Below, in pieces: positions 37,798 through 51,216 of a DNA stretch of 64,000 nucleotides. Source of the DNA: Polymyxa betae A26-41 (taxonomy: Eukaryota > Protista > Endomyxa: Phytomyxea); the NCBI GenBank assembly GCA_003693705.1, contig RBZT01000146.1:1-64000 (forward strand). Direction: 5' to 3'. The notes under the pieces are model-generated. The model was not told where the DNA came from and searched no databases. It saw nothing but the letters and a program-made list of their open reading frames with translations. Position 1 is the first letter of the stretch; the number at the start of each line of letters is the position of its first letter. The position numbers and the translations under genes are program-made.

Positions 37798-38808
37798 TTA
37801 TTGCTGATGCAGCAACCTTTCAGCTTGACTCTCATGGAACGACATGTGCTTAGTGAGTGATGTCCTCTCAGAAAACCTTTTGTCACATAGCGAACATTTA
37901 TGAGGTCTTGGAATCTCATGTGCCCTCATATGGAATGACAGACCGCTTCTTTGCCGGAACTGTTTGAAACATATATGGCATTTGTACTTTTTCTCTTGCG
38001 AATGTGTCAACAGATGCACAGTCAGGTTGTCCTTTCGTCGGAATCGTCGCTCACAAATGTGGCATGCGAAATTCGCCGGTGAATGCTTCTTGGCGTGTTT
38101 CAGTAACGCGTCCGCCATTTTGAATTTCTTAGGGCAGTTCGGGCAATGGAAATCCTTCTCTAATCGATGTGATGATTGATGACGAGTACGTGCTGTCTTG
38201 GAGAAGAATGCCTGACCACATCCAGGATCCTGACATATAAATGGACGTATACCTGTATGTAGACGATAATGTAGAGTTAATGAGTCCTTCCGTTTAAATA
38301 TTAATTCACAACTAGGACATGCATGTTGCTCGGAATTTCTTGCTGATGGCTCGCCGGTCTCAATCCTGATTGCTGGAGAGCTATTAATCCCCAAATCAGG
38401 ACTGTCGGCCTGTTCCGAACAGTTAAAGAATGATTCCAGCGCTGCGGAAATCGGGTCGAAGTGCAAGTCGGGAATTGTTGGTAAAGGGCTAACAGGCGGT
38501 CCTTCACTTTCTAATTCGATCAGATACGGCGTCACCTGAATAGCTTTAGCTTGTGAGCCCAACCTGGGCGATGTCTGCCGGCCAGGTTTCTTGACCTCCC
38601 GGTTGACATTACTTCCTGGTTGGCCTTCGCATGAATCCGGAAATGCAATCTTACTTTCAGTTGTCAAATCCAGAAACTGATCGGCGAACGACAGCACGGG
38701 TGCGTACTGCGACATGGCCATTGGATCGTGGTCGTGCCGATTCAGTTCTGATAATGACTTCTCTGCAGTGTGGTCATAGGCCCTGGATTCACACATCCCA
38801 CTTACCAT
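37798..38808 (-). CDS. C2H2 zinc-finger transcription factor (6 fingers)
   Basis: Six CxxC...HxxxH units with an HTGIRPF linker. Confidence 0.92.
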   Translation of the reverse strand: MVSGMCESRAYDHTAEKSLSELNRHDHDPMAMSQYAPVLSFADQFLDLTTESKIAFPDSCEGQPGSNVNREVKKPGRQTSPRLGSQAKAIQVTPYLIELESEGPPVSPLPTIPDLHFDPISAALESFFNCSEQADSPDLGINSSPAIRIETGEPSARNSEQHACPSCELIFKRKDSLTLHYRLHTGIRPFICQDPGCGQAFFSKTARTRHQSSHRLEKDFHCPNCPKKFKMADALLKHAKKHSPANFACHICERRFRRKDNLTVHLLTHSQEKKYKCHICFKQFRQRSGLSFHMRAHEIPRPHKCSLCDKRFSERTSLTKHMSFHESQAERLLHQQ

Positions 38809-39310
38809 CAGTCGGATGTTTCCGAAATATCGGCTGGGCTGCGGCGGTGCCCACTCATTGGGCTCACAGTTTGCGTGTTGGCAAGTGGCGGTCGTGTCCT
38901 CCTGTGATTTTCTCTGGCGTGACCCTCCCTCCTGTTTCTATCACATTTCTGTCTCTTGGCGGTGCCTCCTGCCAACTGACACGTCTCATTCTAACTCGAT
39001 CTCATTTGTTTCCGTCTAATGTTGGGATTGTCGGTCGCCATCGTTGCTGTCTTCGAGTAAAGCGGGCTTGCGACGACCACTCATCGGGTTTGCCAGGCAC
39101 TCCAACGTTCTGGCCGTATCTGCGAATGTAATGCACTACTTTCGACAAGCGTCGTTGCACTTGATCAATTGTGAGTCTCTGTCTGAATTTCGTGTACGTG
39201 CACCCGTCTCGGAATTCACTGTTTCTAGTTTTATGTATCAAAGTGCATTGTATGCAGACTGAGTGTATTTTCATCGAAAATAAATTTTTCCGCCGCTGCT
39301 TTATCTTAGC

Positions 39311-39952
39311 TCAGATGTTGGCTGCGACAACAGCAAGAACGGCGAAAGTGATGACAGAAGGCAGCGTTGACGTGGCGGAACTCGAGTCTCCAAACCAGGA
39401 GTTTTTGTTGTCAGTAGTACCTTGCGCTGTGGTCTGACCAGCTCCTGGCGATTTTGGGGCTGCCGCAACCTTCTTACCGCCTCCATTGTTTGCAGCTGTC
39501 GATGCAGGTTTCGCGTAGTATTGCTGTTTTGGAGCTGGTGGTGCTTTATATGCGGTTGGTTTTACAGGAGCAGCATAGACATTTTTCTGGGGGGGACGAC
39601 GTTGAGGAGGAGCTACATACATGGTGACTTTGGGTTTTGGTGGTGAACAAGGCTGAATCATGTTTGGTTTTTGATACATTGTTGGTCTTGCCGAAGGAAA
39701 AGTTTTAGGTGGTGAGGGTGGTGGTCGAACAGTTCGAACAGCTGGTGGTGAATACAACGCTGGAGATGAATACAATGCAGAAGCCTGTACACGATTTACA
39801 GGCGGTCTCCCACCAAGTGGTTGTTGAGGCGATTGCAAGTTCTGAGGGCGATTGCGGTTGTTGTTGTTGTCAGCCTTGGACAGGAACATGGTAGTGTAGC
39901 TAAGCATCAACATGAAGATCAGCATTGCTTTGGTATAGCTGACAGTTTGCAT
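39311..39952 (-). CDS. Secreted Pro-rich, probably GPI-anchored surface protein
   Basis: Hydrophobic N-terminus; P/K/Y/A-rich body; Ser-rich segment and hydrophobic C-terminus (VITFAVLAVVAANI). Confidence 0.75.
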   Translation of the reverse strand: MQTVSYTKAMLIFMLMLSYTTMFLSKADNNNNRNRPQNLQSPQQPLGGRPPVNRVQASALYSSPALYSPPAVRTVRPPPSPPKTFPSARPTMYQKPNMIQPCSPPKPKVTMYVAPPQRRPPQKNVYAAPVKPTAYKAPPAPKQQYYAKPASTAANNGGGKKVAAAPKSPGAGQTTAQGTTDNKNSWFGDSSSATSTLPSVITFAVLAVVAANI

Positions 39953-40450
39953 CGGCGTTGATTTGGTTTTGTGAATTCGAGCTGGTGAGATACCACGACG
40001 GTTTTTTGGAATGAGAATTGGCGATGGAAACTCTTTCGATTTGGCCTGGAAACTCTCGGAAGTTCGGAAGCAATTCAGACGTCATGGTACGCGTGAGTCA
40101 TTGCTGCTTCTAATCATTTTTGCTACATAACAGATTGACTTCCTTCGTCTGGTTCCGGTTCCGTCTTCGGTGCCTGCGAAACCCTTCGACTTTATGCTTG
40201 AATTCTGTAGCAAGGAACGTCAACGACGTGGTCGCTTCATGAACCAGCATCATCTTCTCACGTTTTGATCACGATCTCGAACATTATTCTGGATTAGACA
40301 TGATATACAAAATAGCCTCTCTACTGTAGTTATCGGTATTCTAGATTGTTTCTATCCTCTTTTTAAGATGGGCCAGTCCGACCCAGACAGCCATTCTGCA
40401 ATCACCTCCCAAACCGTTTCTACAAATCATTCACCAATCGATAAGCCAGC

Positions 40451-41253
40451 ATGAACATGAAATGTATCATTGCGATCTTTGCTGTAATTGGATCTGTGGC
40501 CTCAGCTGAGATGATTACTGGACGTGTTACCCCAGCTAACAATATCTGGAGAATGAATTATACAGTTGACACAACTGCATCCATGTTTCATGCAACAGTT
40601 AGTTGCCGAACAAAAGGATGGATCGGTATGGGACTATCATATGATGGTCCATCAGGTCATGCTAATACCGACTCAATACTCGCCTTCCATTCAAATGGCA
40701 CACATCATATCCATGATCAGTTCTCCAACACTGGTTCCAAACCCCAGCTGGATACCTCGCTAGGCGGAAAGAATGATCTCACCCTTACAGGATGGAGTCA
40801 AGTTGGCAATGTCTCCTCAGTAACCTACATGCGTCCATTAAACACCAATGATGGATCTCGTGATGTTGTTATTGAGAACAAACCTGTGTATGTTAGTTGG
40901 GCATGTGGTAATAGCGTTCCAGTAATGAACTCAGATGGAACTGTCACCTATGGTATCCATCCAAATGGACAATTTGGTGCGCTTCAAGTCAATGTAAGTA
41001 TTAATTGTATGCAATTATCATATCACATTACTTACATATAATATAGCTATGGGATAACCAGAACCCATCATCATCATCACCTTCTCAATCAGGTAATACT
41101 GGCTCTGGTGGGAATACTGGCTCTGGTGGGAATACTGGTGGTTCATCTGGTTCATCTGGTCCTACACCTACCACCAAAAGTTCTGCTCTATCAATATCAT
41201 CCTGGTTTCCATTTGCTACAGCTGCGATTCTGGCTATTGCTGCCTTCTTCTAA
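40451..41253 (+). CDS. Secreted DOMON-domain protein with S/G linker and GPI-like tail
   Basis: Signal peptide; KGWIGMGLS...DSIL...DQFS...PQLD...RPLNTND...D...VSWACG...H (DOMON). One intron near 40994-41046. GNTGSG repeats and a hydrophobic C-terminus. Confidence 0.85.
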
Positions 41254-41600
41254 GTCTTGTTCTCTGTAATAAAAAAGCGTTGATCGTGCTCTTTGTACCA
41301 TTAGTGCATCATTCACTTCGTATTGAATTTGATGAGCTGAATTCGTCTATTTACTGTTATCCCTCGATATGGGCTTTCGACATCATGATAAACAGGTCGG
41401 TGTTACGCGATTATTTTTGCTCTTCTAACAGTGACAAGATATCATCTTGGTAAACTTGCCGATCACCTGTCATTCTCATCATCTGTTGGTATTCTTGCAT
41501 TAACTGATATGTTCGATATACAGTATCCATGTTTATATAGTCAATGATCATATTGTTGTACTATTGATCTTTTATTTGAGATTTGTATTAGGTCCATGTC

Positions 41601-43460
41601 ATGTCCACCAACAACAAACCATTACGAGGACGTCAATCGGAATCAATCGATATTTTCGTAGGAGGTTTTGTTCTATATCATCCGTATCGTCAAACGCCAT
41701 CATTCCGATGGCTCTATGTCGATTATATCAATAATTTCATTGTCTGGAATGAGAAGAAGTCAGGTGGTCGTCTGTCCCGTCTATTTCGTCCCAGCTGTAA
41801 GGCCAGTATCTCTAGTCTAATAAGAGCTGAGGCAGGACGTGGTGGTCGACCAATTTCACCCGATTATCCGATGGGCGATGATGTCGTTCCATCCGTGTTC
41901 TCTTTAATATTCGCTCCCGATGAGCGCGTCTACACATTCCAGGCCAGATCTGAACTTGAGCGGGATATCTGGCTAAAGGGGTTCCAGGACCTCATTAATG
42001 GTGTCGTTAATGTTCAGCATATTGCTCATGTATCACCTCTATTTCAATGGACTGGATCAGAATCTGTTCAGGATGCATTTGAGCTTGGCGAAAAGATCGG
42101 AGCAGGTAAACCTATTCATAGGATGGGATCAAGATTCATCACGTTTTATTGACGATTTTCTTGTTTCCTCAAAATTGTTTGAAGGCGTCGTTAGACATTT
42201 CATTGCTTGCAAGATTCAAATGTAAAATTCCCATAATTGCACATTTAGGTTCATTTGCTGAGGTCTACAAGGGATGTCATAAAACCACACAGTTTCCATT
42301 GGCTATCAAGATCGTGAACTTCACCGCTAATAAGCGATCCAGGTCGCCATCTCCATCACCCGAACCTCAATCGACCTCTCCGACACCAATCAAACGCCGA
42401 TCCAAGACGCCAGACCCTGTATTCATACCCGACTCGCAAACACCCATCGAAATCGAAGAGAAACTTCTGTTGCAATGTCGTCATCCGAACATCGTCACAT
42501 ATTTTGGGTCTCTTCGAGACAATCAAAGTCGATTGGTAACGATATTGGATACCGAAAGGGTTTTGGGTTTCTTATTGTCATACTTAGTGGATTCTAACAG
42601 AATTATGTGATGCTGGTAGTGTTCTAGATCTGATTCAGCATATTCCAATACGGTTGTCGGAATCTCAGATATCAAATGTGATAAGATCCACATTAATGGG
42701 ATTATCTTATCTGCATGCTAACAACATCATTCATAATGATATCAAATGCTCCAACATCTTGCTGAACGCCAACGGAAATGTGAAACTCGCCGATTTCGGA
42801 GTCTCGAAACAGATTGACCACGAGACGCTCAATCGTAAGAGTCGTTCGGCTGGAACATTATTATGGATGGCTCCTGAGGTAGACTAAAACACCTGTACGT
42901 TGATTGTCTATCAGTTGCTGATATATTTGTAGGTGATGGAAGGCGCTGTAAATAGCAAATCTTCAGATATTTGGTCATTGGGGATTACAGCTATTGAAAT
43001 GGCAAATGATGGAGCTGCTCCATTCAGCAATGAAACTATTGTGGATGCATTAGCGATGTTAAGGTCAGGAGAACCTCGTCCAGCATTACCAGATCACGAG
43101 CCTCGGTATTCGGCTGCTTTTCACGATTTTGTCGAGCTCTGCTTACAGAGGGATCCATCAGCCAGACCCCAGGCTGAACAACTTCTCCTGCATGAATTCG
43201 TCCAGGATTCGCATGGCCAGCCGCTTGAAGATGTTGTTAAATATCTTCTCAGAAGTCAGCTGAACGAACAGATCCGGTTGGTAGATGAGGCTGCCTCGGT
43301 CAGGGATAACCTGAACAAATTCAAAGACGATCATCGGCAGCGAATTCGCAAAAGTGAAGCATCGTCGAACACGAAACCGCAACGCAAGCCTTTATTACTG
43401 GACGTATTCGGCTCTGAAGAAACAAAATACATTTTATCACCTTCGGATAACAATCTTTAA
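41601..43460 (+). CDS. PH + CRIB-like + STE20-family Ser/Thr kinase
   Basis: [18 protein letters not shown] (PH C-terminal helix); NVQHIAHV (CRIB-like); GA|[47 protein letters not shown]. Confidence 0.88.
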
Positions 43461-43704
43461 TTAACAAAAAAAGACAAATTCGCTCAGAGACTTGATTGTC
43501 TTTAAACTGAAATGGTGGGCGATATGCTATGCACTCACCGAATAGAAGCAGCACTGATGTCAATTCATTCAAACCAATTAATTTTCCTTTTGAAAAAACT
43601 GACAGCTTCACAGGTAACAGAATCGCTGTGATATGATATGTTTGGGGTCACGGGGTGATGGGGCCGGGGTTGTGAATGGGATAGGGGGTCCCGCCTCCAG
43701 TGGG

Positions 43705-45876
43705 ATGTCGTTACATCTGGTATCATTATCTCTATCTGAATCCATTCGTCGTCTTATTCCATCATTATCTGAAGCTGAACTTACCATCTTATCTCGATGT
43801 CGCCCTGTAGAATCACGAGCTGCTCGATCTAATACCCACTGGCAATGCAATGCTGCATTACTTCTCTCGTCGGCACAGTTTGCTAAATACCGACCACCAT
43901 CATCCAAGCACTTTGCTGACCAGGTCGTTCACGACTTAAATCTACATAGGCCTGCAATGGTGGAAAGGTTACTGCTGCATTCGCCGAAAACGCCTTGCTC
44001 ATTTTGCAACATAGCGCTGTCGTTTCAGGTCCCGGCTTTATCACCATGACTGCTGATAAGTCCTGGCTATCACAGCAAATATTATCATCCAACAATATCG
44101 TTTCTGCTACGGTTCTACCGAGTAAACGCGAAAATTTCCTGGAAAGTTGTTGCTAAGACGGTTGATGCTAGGAGAGCATCATAAGAAGATACTGATCGAT
44201 ATGTCATCTCCTAACATTGCTAAAAGTATGCATGTTGGTCATATTCGATCAACAGTAATCGGAGAGGCGTTAGCCAATCTTCTGCAAGCGTAATAAGGCT
44301 ACTCTATCCGACCGCCTTTCTGTAATCTATCTAGCCAGGGGCATAAAGTCGTTAAAATCAACCACATTGGCGATTTTGGTACTCAATTTGGGATTCTTAT
44401 GGCAGCCATCAAGTCCAAGTCAGAATATTATTAATACTTGCTATATATGTTCAAATCTAACTTTCGCCAGATGTGTTGATTTAGATAAGCTCGATATTGG
44501 TGACCTCGAGGAACTCTACAGATATGGAAAGCAAACTAAAGACCACTCCTTCCTATCGCAATGCCATCAGTATGTTTTACGTTTACAAAATGGAGATCGG
44601 GAGATTACGGCTCTATGGAAAAAAATCAAGGAGATTTCTCGAAAACACTATGAGGAAATCTACAGAAGGCTTGGTATCAAATCTCTAATCGAAAGGTAGA
44701 GCGTCTTTTAATTTTACTTCTGCTAATCTTCTTCCAGAGGTGAATCGTTTTATCTTCCATATCTGGAATCGACAGTTTCGGAACTACTCGATCGAGACAT
44801 TGCTCTGCACAGCCAAGGCGCAGTTTGCATTTTTGAGGAATCAGTATGAACTTTGTTTTGAAGCTCTATTTCTGTCTAAGCGACATCTAGGAAGACTTTC
44901 CATTGATCATTCGAAAATCAGATGGCGGATACACTTATGACACGACCGATTTGGCTGCACTGCGTTATCGATTTGTAGCTGACAAAGCAGATCGAGTCAT
45001 TTACGTTGTAGATAATGGACAAGCCAAGCATTTTGAGAAGGTAGTTCATGGCTGGGATGTTCTCGTAGGTTCAGTAATACTGGATTATTAGGTCTTCTCT
45101 ACAGGCAAAAAAGCGGGCTGGATTCCATTGAACGCTCAGTGCGAGTTTGTGGGTTTTGGTAATTCATGTTGGTTTATGAGATCGGTGACAGTTTATTCTT
45201 CAACATCAGGTGTAGTGCTAGGACCAGATGGGAAACGGTTCAGAACCAGACTTGGAAATGTCATGCCTTTGTCAGAGTTATTAGATGCTGCATTGCAGAA
45301 AGCGAAAGAAGTTCTTATTGAACGCAATTTTCAAGCTGATGGAAACTCTTCTCAAAGCATTGCAGAAGCAATTGGCATCAGTGCAATCAAATACGCAGAC
45401 CTGAGCCGTCAACGTGATTCCAATATCGCTTTCGATATGGATGCGATGCTGGATTTTAGAGGCAACACATCGGTGTATCTTCAATACACTCTCTGTCGCG
45501 CTTTAAAAATCCCGAATGATTCTGAATCAACCAGTTTTAATGCAGATAATCAGTAAGAATAACGAATAACCGTTTCTGATTGTATTCACAAATTTGCAGA
45601 AGTGTTCAGATCATTGCTGATGACTTTGAACGAGATTTATGTGTTGTGATTCTGAGATATAAAGATGCAATTGACGATGCTGTGTCTCGATTGGAGCCTC
45701 ACATTTTCTGCCAATATCTCTATTCGCTGGCCTCAGCAATGAATTCGTTCTACAACAATTGCCCGATACTAGGACATGAACGGCAATCGGTGCGCGTCGC
45801 CATTCTCCGTCGTGCTGTGCAGGCTCTGGAGACTGGATTCAAGATTCTGGGCATCTCGGTTATTGATCGTATGTGA
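43705..45876 (+). CDS. RARS: Arginyl-tRNA synthetase
   Basis: [65 protein letters not shown]. Confidence 0.95.
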
Positions 45877-46294
45877 TTATAAGAATAGAATTCTGAACTG
45901 CCGAAACCCATCGTGACTCTTAGCAGTGGTCTTAAACAAATATTATAGCAGTACATCCCACATAAACTTAAGAAAAAATCCAGAAATTCGCCAGGTTTAT
46001 TCAGGTTTACGAATAACCTAGGTATGCACAATACCATGCATAAGGGAGCGGATGCTCTGGGATTAAGCCGCTCAGGTTTCTCTCCCGCTGTTTACTGATG
46101 TTCTTCTTGCAAAGAATGGCGCGAGAATTCTCAGCGATTCAGTATGCTCCTTGTCTTAGATACCTAGACTCTGTGTGAACTGTCATCGAGTTGAGAACTC
46201 AAGTTACGCTGTATTACCATAGGGCTGCATGAACATAATCAAAGGGGACATAAAGGGAGTGAACAGTAGGCCTTGTGCCATCAATCACCAAATC

Positions 46295-48353
46295 ATGATC
46301 CTTGTTATCTGCACATTAATTCTTATTCATGTCAGCTCAGCTTGGCGATTCCCTCTCAGCTTTTCACCCAGATCTGAACGCGACCTTGAGTTTTGTGGAC
46401 ATCAATTCATAGAAACATGGCATCAACAGCCTGTAGATCATGTCAGCGTCATTCAGCAGCCCCCAATTCAAAATAATGACTTGTTTGTAAATTGTAGTTT
46501 AATTTTCAAGAGCATTTGTTCTTCCAGCAACGTGTATTGATCAACAAGGACCATTTCAATCAACACGAACCGGTCGTCTTTTTCTATACAGGAAATGAAG
46601 GGGATATCGAGGTCTTTGCCAATAACACAGGCTTTATGTATGAAGCTGCTACAGAACTTGGAGCCATGCTTGTATTTGCAGAGCATCGATACTTTGGGAA
46701 GTCAATGCCATTCGCAAGCGATTCCTATCAACAAAAGAATCTGGGTGAGAAACAGCTTGGAGCTATACTCGCACTTCTAACTCTTCAAAGGCTATCTGAG
46801 CGTTGAGCAAGCTATGGCAGATTTCGCTCAGGTCATCTCCAACATTAAACAACAATATAATGTTCCAGACGCTGTTACTATCGCTTTTGGAGGCTCATAT
46901 GGTGGCATGCTCAGGTATTCATTTATAGTTTCAGTTGATTGTGGTCGCTCTAAACTTGTGCTAGCGCTTGGATTCGCATAAAATATCCACATGTAATTAT
47001 ATATAATGGATCTCGTCTGGTCTAGCTGATTGTCATCAATTTCTGTAGATTGTTGATGGCGCGATTGCATCATCTGCTCCCATCTTACAATTTACTGGCA
47101 TGGTGCCTACCGACACATTCAATGATATTGTGACGCACACGTTCGAATCGAGCTGTTCTGGATGTTCAGCAAGGATCCATGAGATGTTTGATTTGATCAG
47201 AAACAGCTCTCTGGAGATACTCACCAATGAATTCAATCTTTGTGAACCTCTACAAGATCGAGACACCTTAATCGACTGGATTTCAAATGCTCTGGTTTAT
47301 GAAGCTATGGTTGATTGTATGTGTCATGGAAAACCGCTACAATGCAGCTTATATTCTGTACAGATCCGTTCGAAGCCAACTTCATCCAAGTACAGCAGTT
47401 TGTCTTTACCTTTTGTATGCCTTAATGCCTTTATAGCCACTTCCTGCATGGCCGGTTAATGTCACTTGTTCTGAAATAACCAATGATAAGTGCAGTGACA
47501 AACCACTGGAATGCTTCGCTGCTGGTGTTAACGTATTCTACAACCATACAGGTTTTTCAAATGTTCTTGTGCATTCACGTTCTGTTTCCACTCACCTGTG
47601 TAGGGGATGCTGGTCAATGCAATGATATCAAAGGGCCTGTGTTGAAATCGTTGAAAAAAGACGGGTGGAACTATCTTGCTTGCACTTCAATGGTAATACT
47701 TAGCATGGGAGATGGGATTCTTCCAATTGCCATCTAGGTTATGCCAATGAGCTCAGGACCGAATTCGATGTTCCCACAACAGAAATGGGATCAATTGGAA
47801 AATGAAAAAGTAAGTGCATACTGAGCACGCCAAATCGAAATTAAATCTCTGTCAGGTTTGCTATTCTTTATATGGGATCATGTCGAATCCTGGATTCGCA
47901 AAAGTCCAGTATGGTGGCGATCGTATTTGGACTGCAAGCAATATTGTGTTTAGTAATGGCAAACTAGGTAAAGTGATCGTCTTATGGCCAAACACAAACC
48001 ACATAAATTGCAATCAGATCCCTGGAGTGGAGGAGGTGTACTTCGTTCTCCATCGCCGAAAATTGAGACGGTTCTTATCGAAGGGGCTGGTAGGTGATAT
48101 CGTGCACAGCACAGCTGCATTTTCTAACCATAGAATACAGCCCACCATCTTGATCTACGAGCATCAGATCCGGTATGATGTCTGTTCATGATACTTTCCC
48201 TGCTGACTGCTGCAGACTGATTCTGAAAGCCTAAAGCAAGCTCGTGATGTTCACAGGCGAAATATCAAGAAATGGATAGATGAGGTTCGAGAAAGGTACG
48301 ACAAGGCCTGGACATTCAGCATATTAGACAACACAAATTATATTTATCAATAA
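46295..48353 (+). CDS. Serine carboxypeptidase S28 (lysosomal Pro-X carboxypeptidase-like)
   Basis: Signal peptide; FFYTGNEGD, FAEHRYFGKSMPF, FGGSYGGML, SNIVFSNG, AHHLDLR. Confidence 0.92.
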
Positions 48354-48740
48354 AAGCAAGTCAGACAGAGGATTAAAGATGTTTTCTGAACAATGTCACT
48401 GAAATAAGGCTTCGTACTGATAATATTGGTGCAACGTTCTGAGCTAATCACGAAGAGCACCGTTCTAGTTATTTACATTGCTGGATTAAGCTGACTCACG
48501 AATTGCAGACAATCCAGTCCATGGATCCATGATGACCGGCATCCGAAATCAAATTCACATTACTAAATTACAATCCTCAATCGTCACGAAGACGATGCTG
48601 CTACCTTATCTGATTATCAGTGCGAGCGGCAAGGTGACGAAACAACTACTGAAATATATTATGGAGACACTGTAAACCTTATAAATTAAACCTGGGGTGA
48701 GTCAGAGCATAGAAAACAGAAATGACGACACCAATGCCAT

Positions 48741-49400
48741 TCAGATTGATTTTTTTTGCTGAAGCCATTCTCTAGCAATTCGTTGGAATTTTCGCCGGGT
48801 ACCTATCTTGGTCATACCAAGTCCAATCAGATCATTGTCGCTGAGGTCACCAATGCAATCCAAATCGATATCTTGCTCGACGAACTTCTCCATCCAAATT
48901 TCCAGATCTGCCTCTCTGAGGAACTCTACTAATTCCCGACTGGATTCTTTAGATTTTCCTCTGTTGTCGACGTTGACTAGCTTGTCGGATGTCGAGCTGA
49001 GACCGCAGTCAGAAGCAACAGGTGAAGAGCGAGTGTAAGATGCCACAGAGCTATTAGGAGAATCCATATTAACTAAACCATTCCTGGCAAAACTTAACCG
49101 TTTCATTGTCGAGCAGAGACGTGCCGTTTGTAAATGTGCCTCGATGTTGGAGGAATCCTCATCATCATCACTAACCCAGGCGCTGGCCTCTTGTCGCTCC
49201 CAGCTGGTATCAGCCACGCCTTGAGACATATCCTGAATAAAGACAACATCTGGCTGGACAGCGTCGAAGATGCTACGCGACTTCGAGTTTGTATACAGTT
49301 CGTTCTCCGGCTTGGCGACAGGGACTGGGGGAGTGGCTTTGCTCATGCTAGTAAAGCGCAGGTTAAGCGGGATAGACTGTTGCTTGTCGACGGCAACCAT
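48741..49400 (-). CDS. Protein with disordered N-terminus and C-terminal SAM domain
   Basis: VEFLREADLEIWMEKFVEQDIDLDCIGDLSDNDLIGLGMTKIGTRRKF. Confidence 0.85.
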   Translation of the reverse strand: MVAVDKQQSIPLNLRFTSMSKATPPVPVAKPENELYTNSKSRSIFDAVQPDVVFIQDMSQGVADTSWERQEASAWVSDDDEDSSNIEAHLQTARLCSTMKRLSFARNGLVNMDSPNSSVASYTRSSPVASDCGLSSTSDKLVNVDNRGKSKESSRELVEFLREADLEIWMEKFVEQDIDLDCIGDLSDNDLIGLGMTKIGTRRKFQRIAREWLQQKKSI

Positions 49401-50399
49401 ATTCTGACACTATTGATAGCAATATGAGAGAGCGAGCAATGCAATGGAGAGTGTGCAGTGTTCTGACCAGACAGTTGTCTGCGTTATGTGTTTGAAGGTT
49501 ACCGCAATGGCCCCGAGACCCCGAGACCCCAGGTAGAGAGACCAATCAGCAGCCGCAATTTTCAGCAATTGTAACATGAGATAGTCAGTAGGCTGTCTGT
49601 TGATGATGTCATAATCACTTCTGAACATGTCTCACACTCGTACTGTATAATCACTGTCTATTATATGGCAATTTGTCAACTTGCCAAGAATCCAACCCCA
49701 TCCAAGGTACCGAGGTTCCCATACTCGCCTCCTCCGACTTCCAACGAAGTATTAGGAGAATTCAAAAGCAGCAGGCTGTTTGAGAAGAGAATAACCTGAA
49801 TTAATACTGCAGTTTTTCGGAAAGCAATTTATAAGTATAGGTACGGTATATAGAATAAAAGAAGGTATATTTTCTGTTTCATTTATTTTTTCTATATCGC
49901 CTGTTTTTGAAGCATCCAAGCTTGCGGAATTCTACCACTTCACCCAGACTTTGAAACTGAGTAATTTCAAAATCAATCTCAGCGCCCGAATTCGGCAGGT
50001 AAACCCTAAAACTCTTCAGCCCGTACCCTAGAAGCCCTGAACTTTCCTAACCCTCTTGCGATTACTGCCACATACATTGCTAATTGCCATCAGTACTTCA
50101 ATAATTATTATATGTGCTTAGGCTACAACTGTACATGAATTATTAAATGCAAATTTGTATTTTTACTAAATCAAAGAAGCTTTTTTTCTAAAAAAAGTAT
50201 ATTTTTTCCTTTTGATACTTTTTTAAGATAAAGAGATGTTGCCATTTCACAGATCCATTTCCTTTAATGTGATCAAATCTTTGCCTTCTTTTGATGGTGT
50301 CAAAGTCGAATTATTCGTCAGCGTCCAGGACTAACATCATCAGCAAATTGATTTCACAGTTAGCGCAAGCCAATTTGATGGCGGTTTGAAGAAATAATA

Positions 50400-51037
50400 T
50401 TTGCCAAGTTCGGTCGCTGAAGTGATTGTCGAAAGGGCAGAGCTACATACCACCAACGACGACAATCAGAGCGAAGCTAATGAGATTGTAGCATTGACCG
50501 ACAACAAGCCGATGACAGCTAACAAAAGGAACGTCAATAAAATCGCAGAAGTCCAAAACTATATCTGAGATGAATCACGGATTCGCTCTTCCCTTTAGGT
50601 TAGACCGTTAGAGGGTTCATGGGTCGTTCCTCAAATGCTGGACCTTAACAAGAATCAAACGATGGCAATCATATTAACGAGTCGGGTATCCACATGACTG
50701 CTGCGACTTTCGATTTGATTACGCCTGCCTCAAACTTTCGAAATAATTCGGACACTATGCGTTTGTTCTCAACATGCGGTTACTCGCCGATTGCAACCTA
50801 TCGACATTTCTTCTTTACAATTTTCAGAATCTGACTTTGTATACATGCTGCTGGCACTGGATTCGTGACCGTGAAAGACAACGTGCTGTAAATCAAGATC
50901 GAGAACCGATCATCCAGAAACACGGTCAGCTGTAATGACAGCAAACGCAACGATGAGCTCAAAATGAAGGCCAGAGAGATCCCGTCGATACTCAAACTTC
51001 CACAAATCAAAAAGCAGCTTTCTGCCCCCTCCTCTTG
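50400..51037 (+). CDS. Hypothetical multi-exon protein (start uncertain)
   Basis: Open segments AEVIVERAELH...NKIAE|VRPLEGSWVVPQ and ...LKLPQIKKQLSAPSS*, with GT-AG boundaries. Confidence 0.35.
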
Positions 51038-51216
51038 AATCACAATTCCATTTTCTGTATTGGATCGAAGAGACGAGCCGGATCATCACGCCCATCGACG
51101 TAAATAGTTCCACATCCCAAAATAGCTTACACATTTTACTGAAAGCTGCTTTAATGTGAAATACCGATTTGACCAGGATAAATATAAATTTGCTTGAATA
51201 AATAACGCAGCACATT

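Noticed and set aside
48529-48613. Box C (ATGATGA)...box D (CTGA) snoRNA candidate with GCTACCTTA complementary to LSU rRNA
   Set aside because: Only 9 nt of complementarity, weak terminal stem and no clear C'/D' boxes; compatible with chance.
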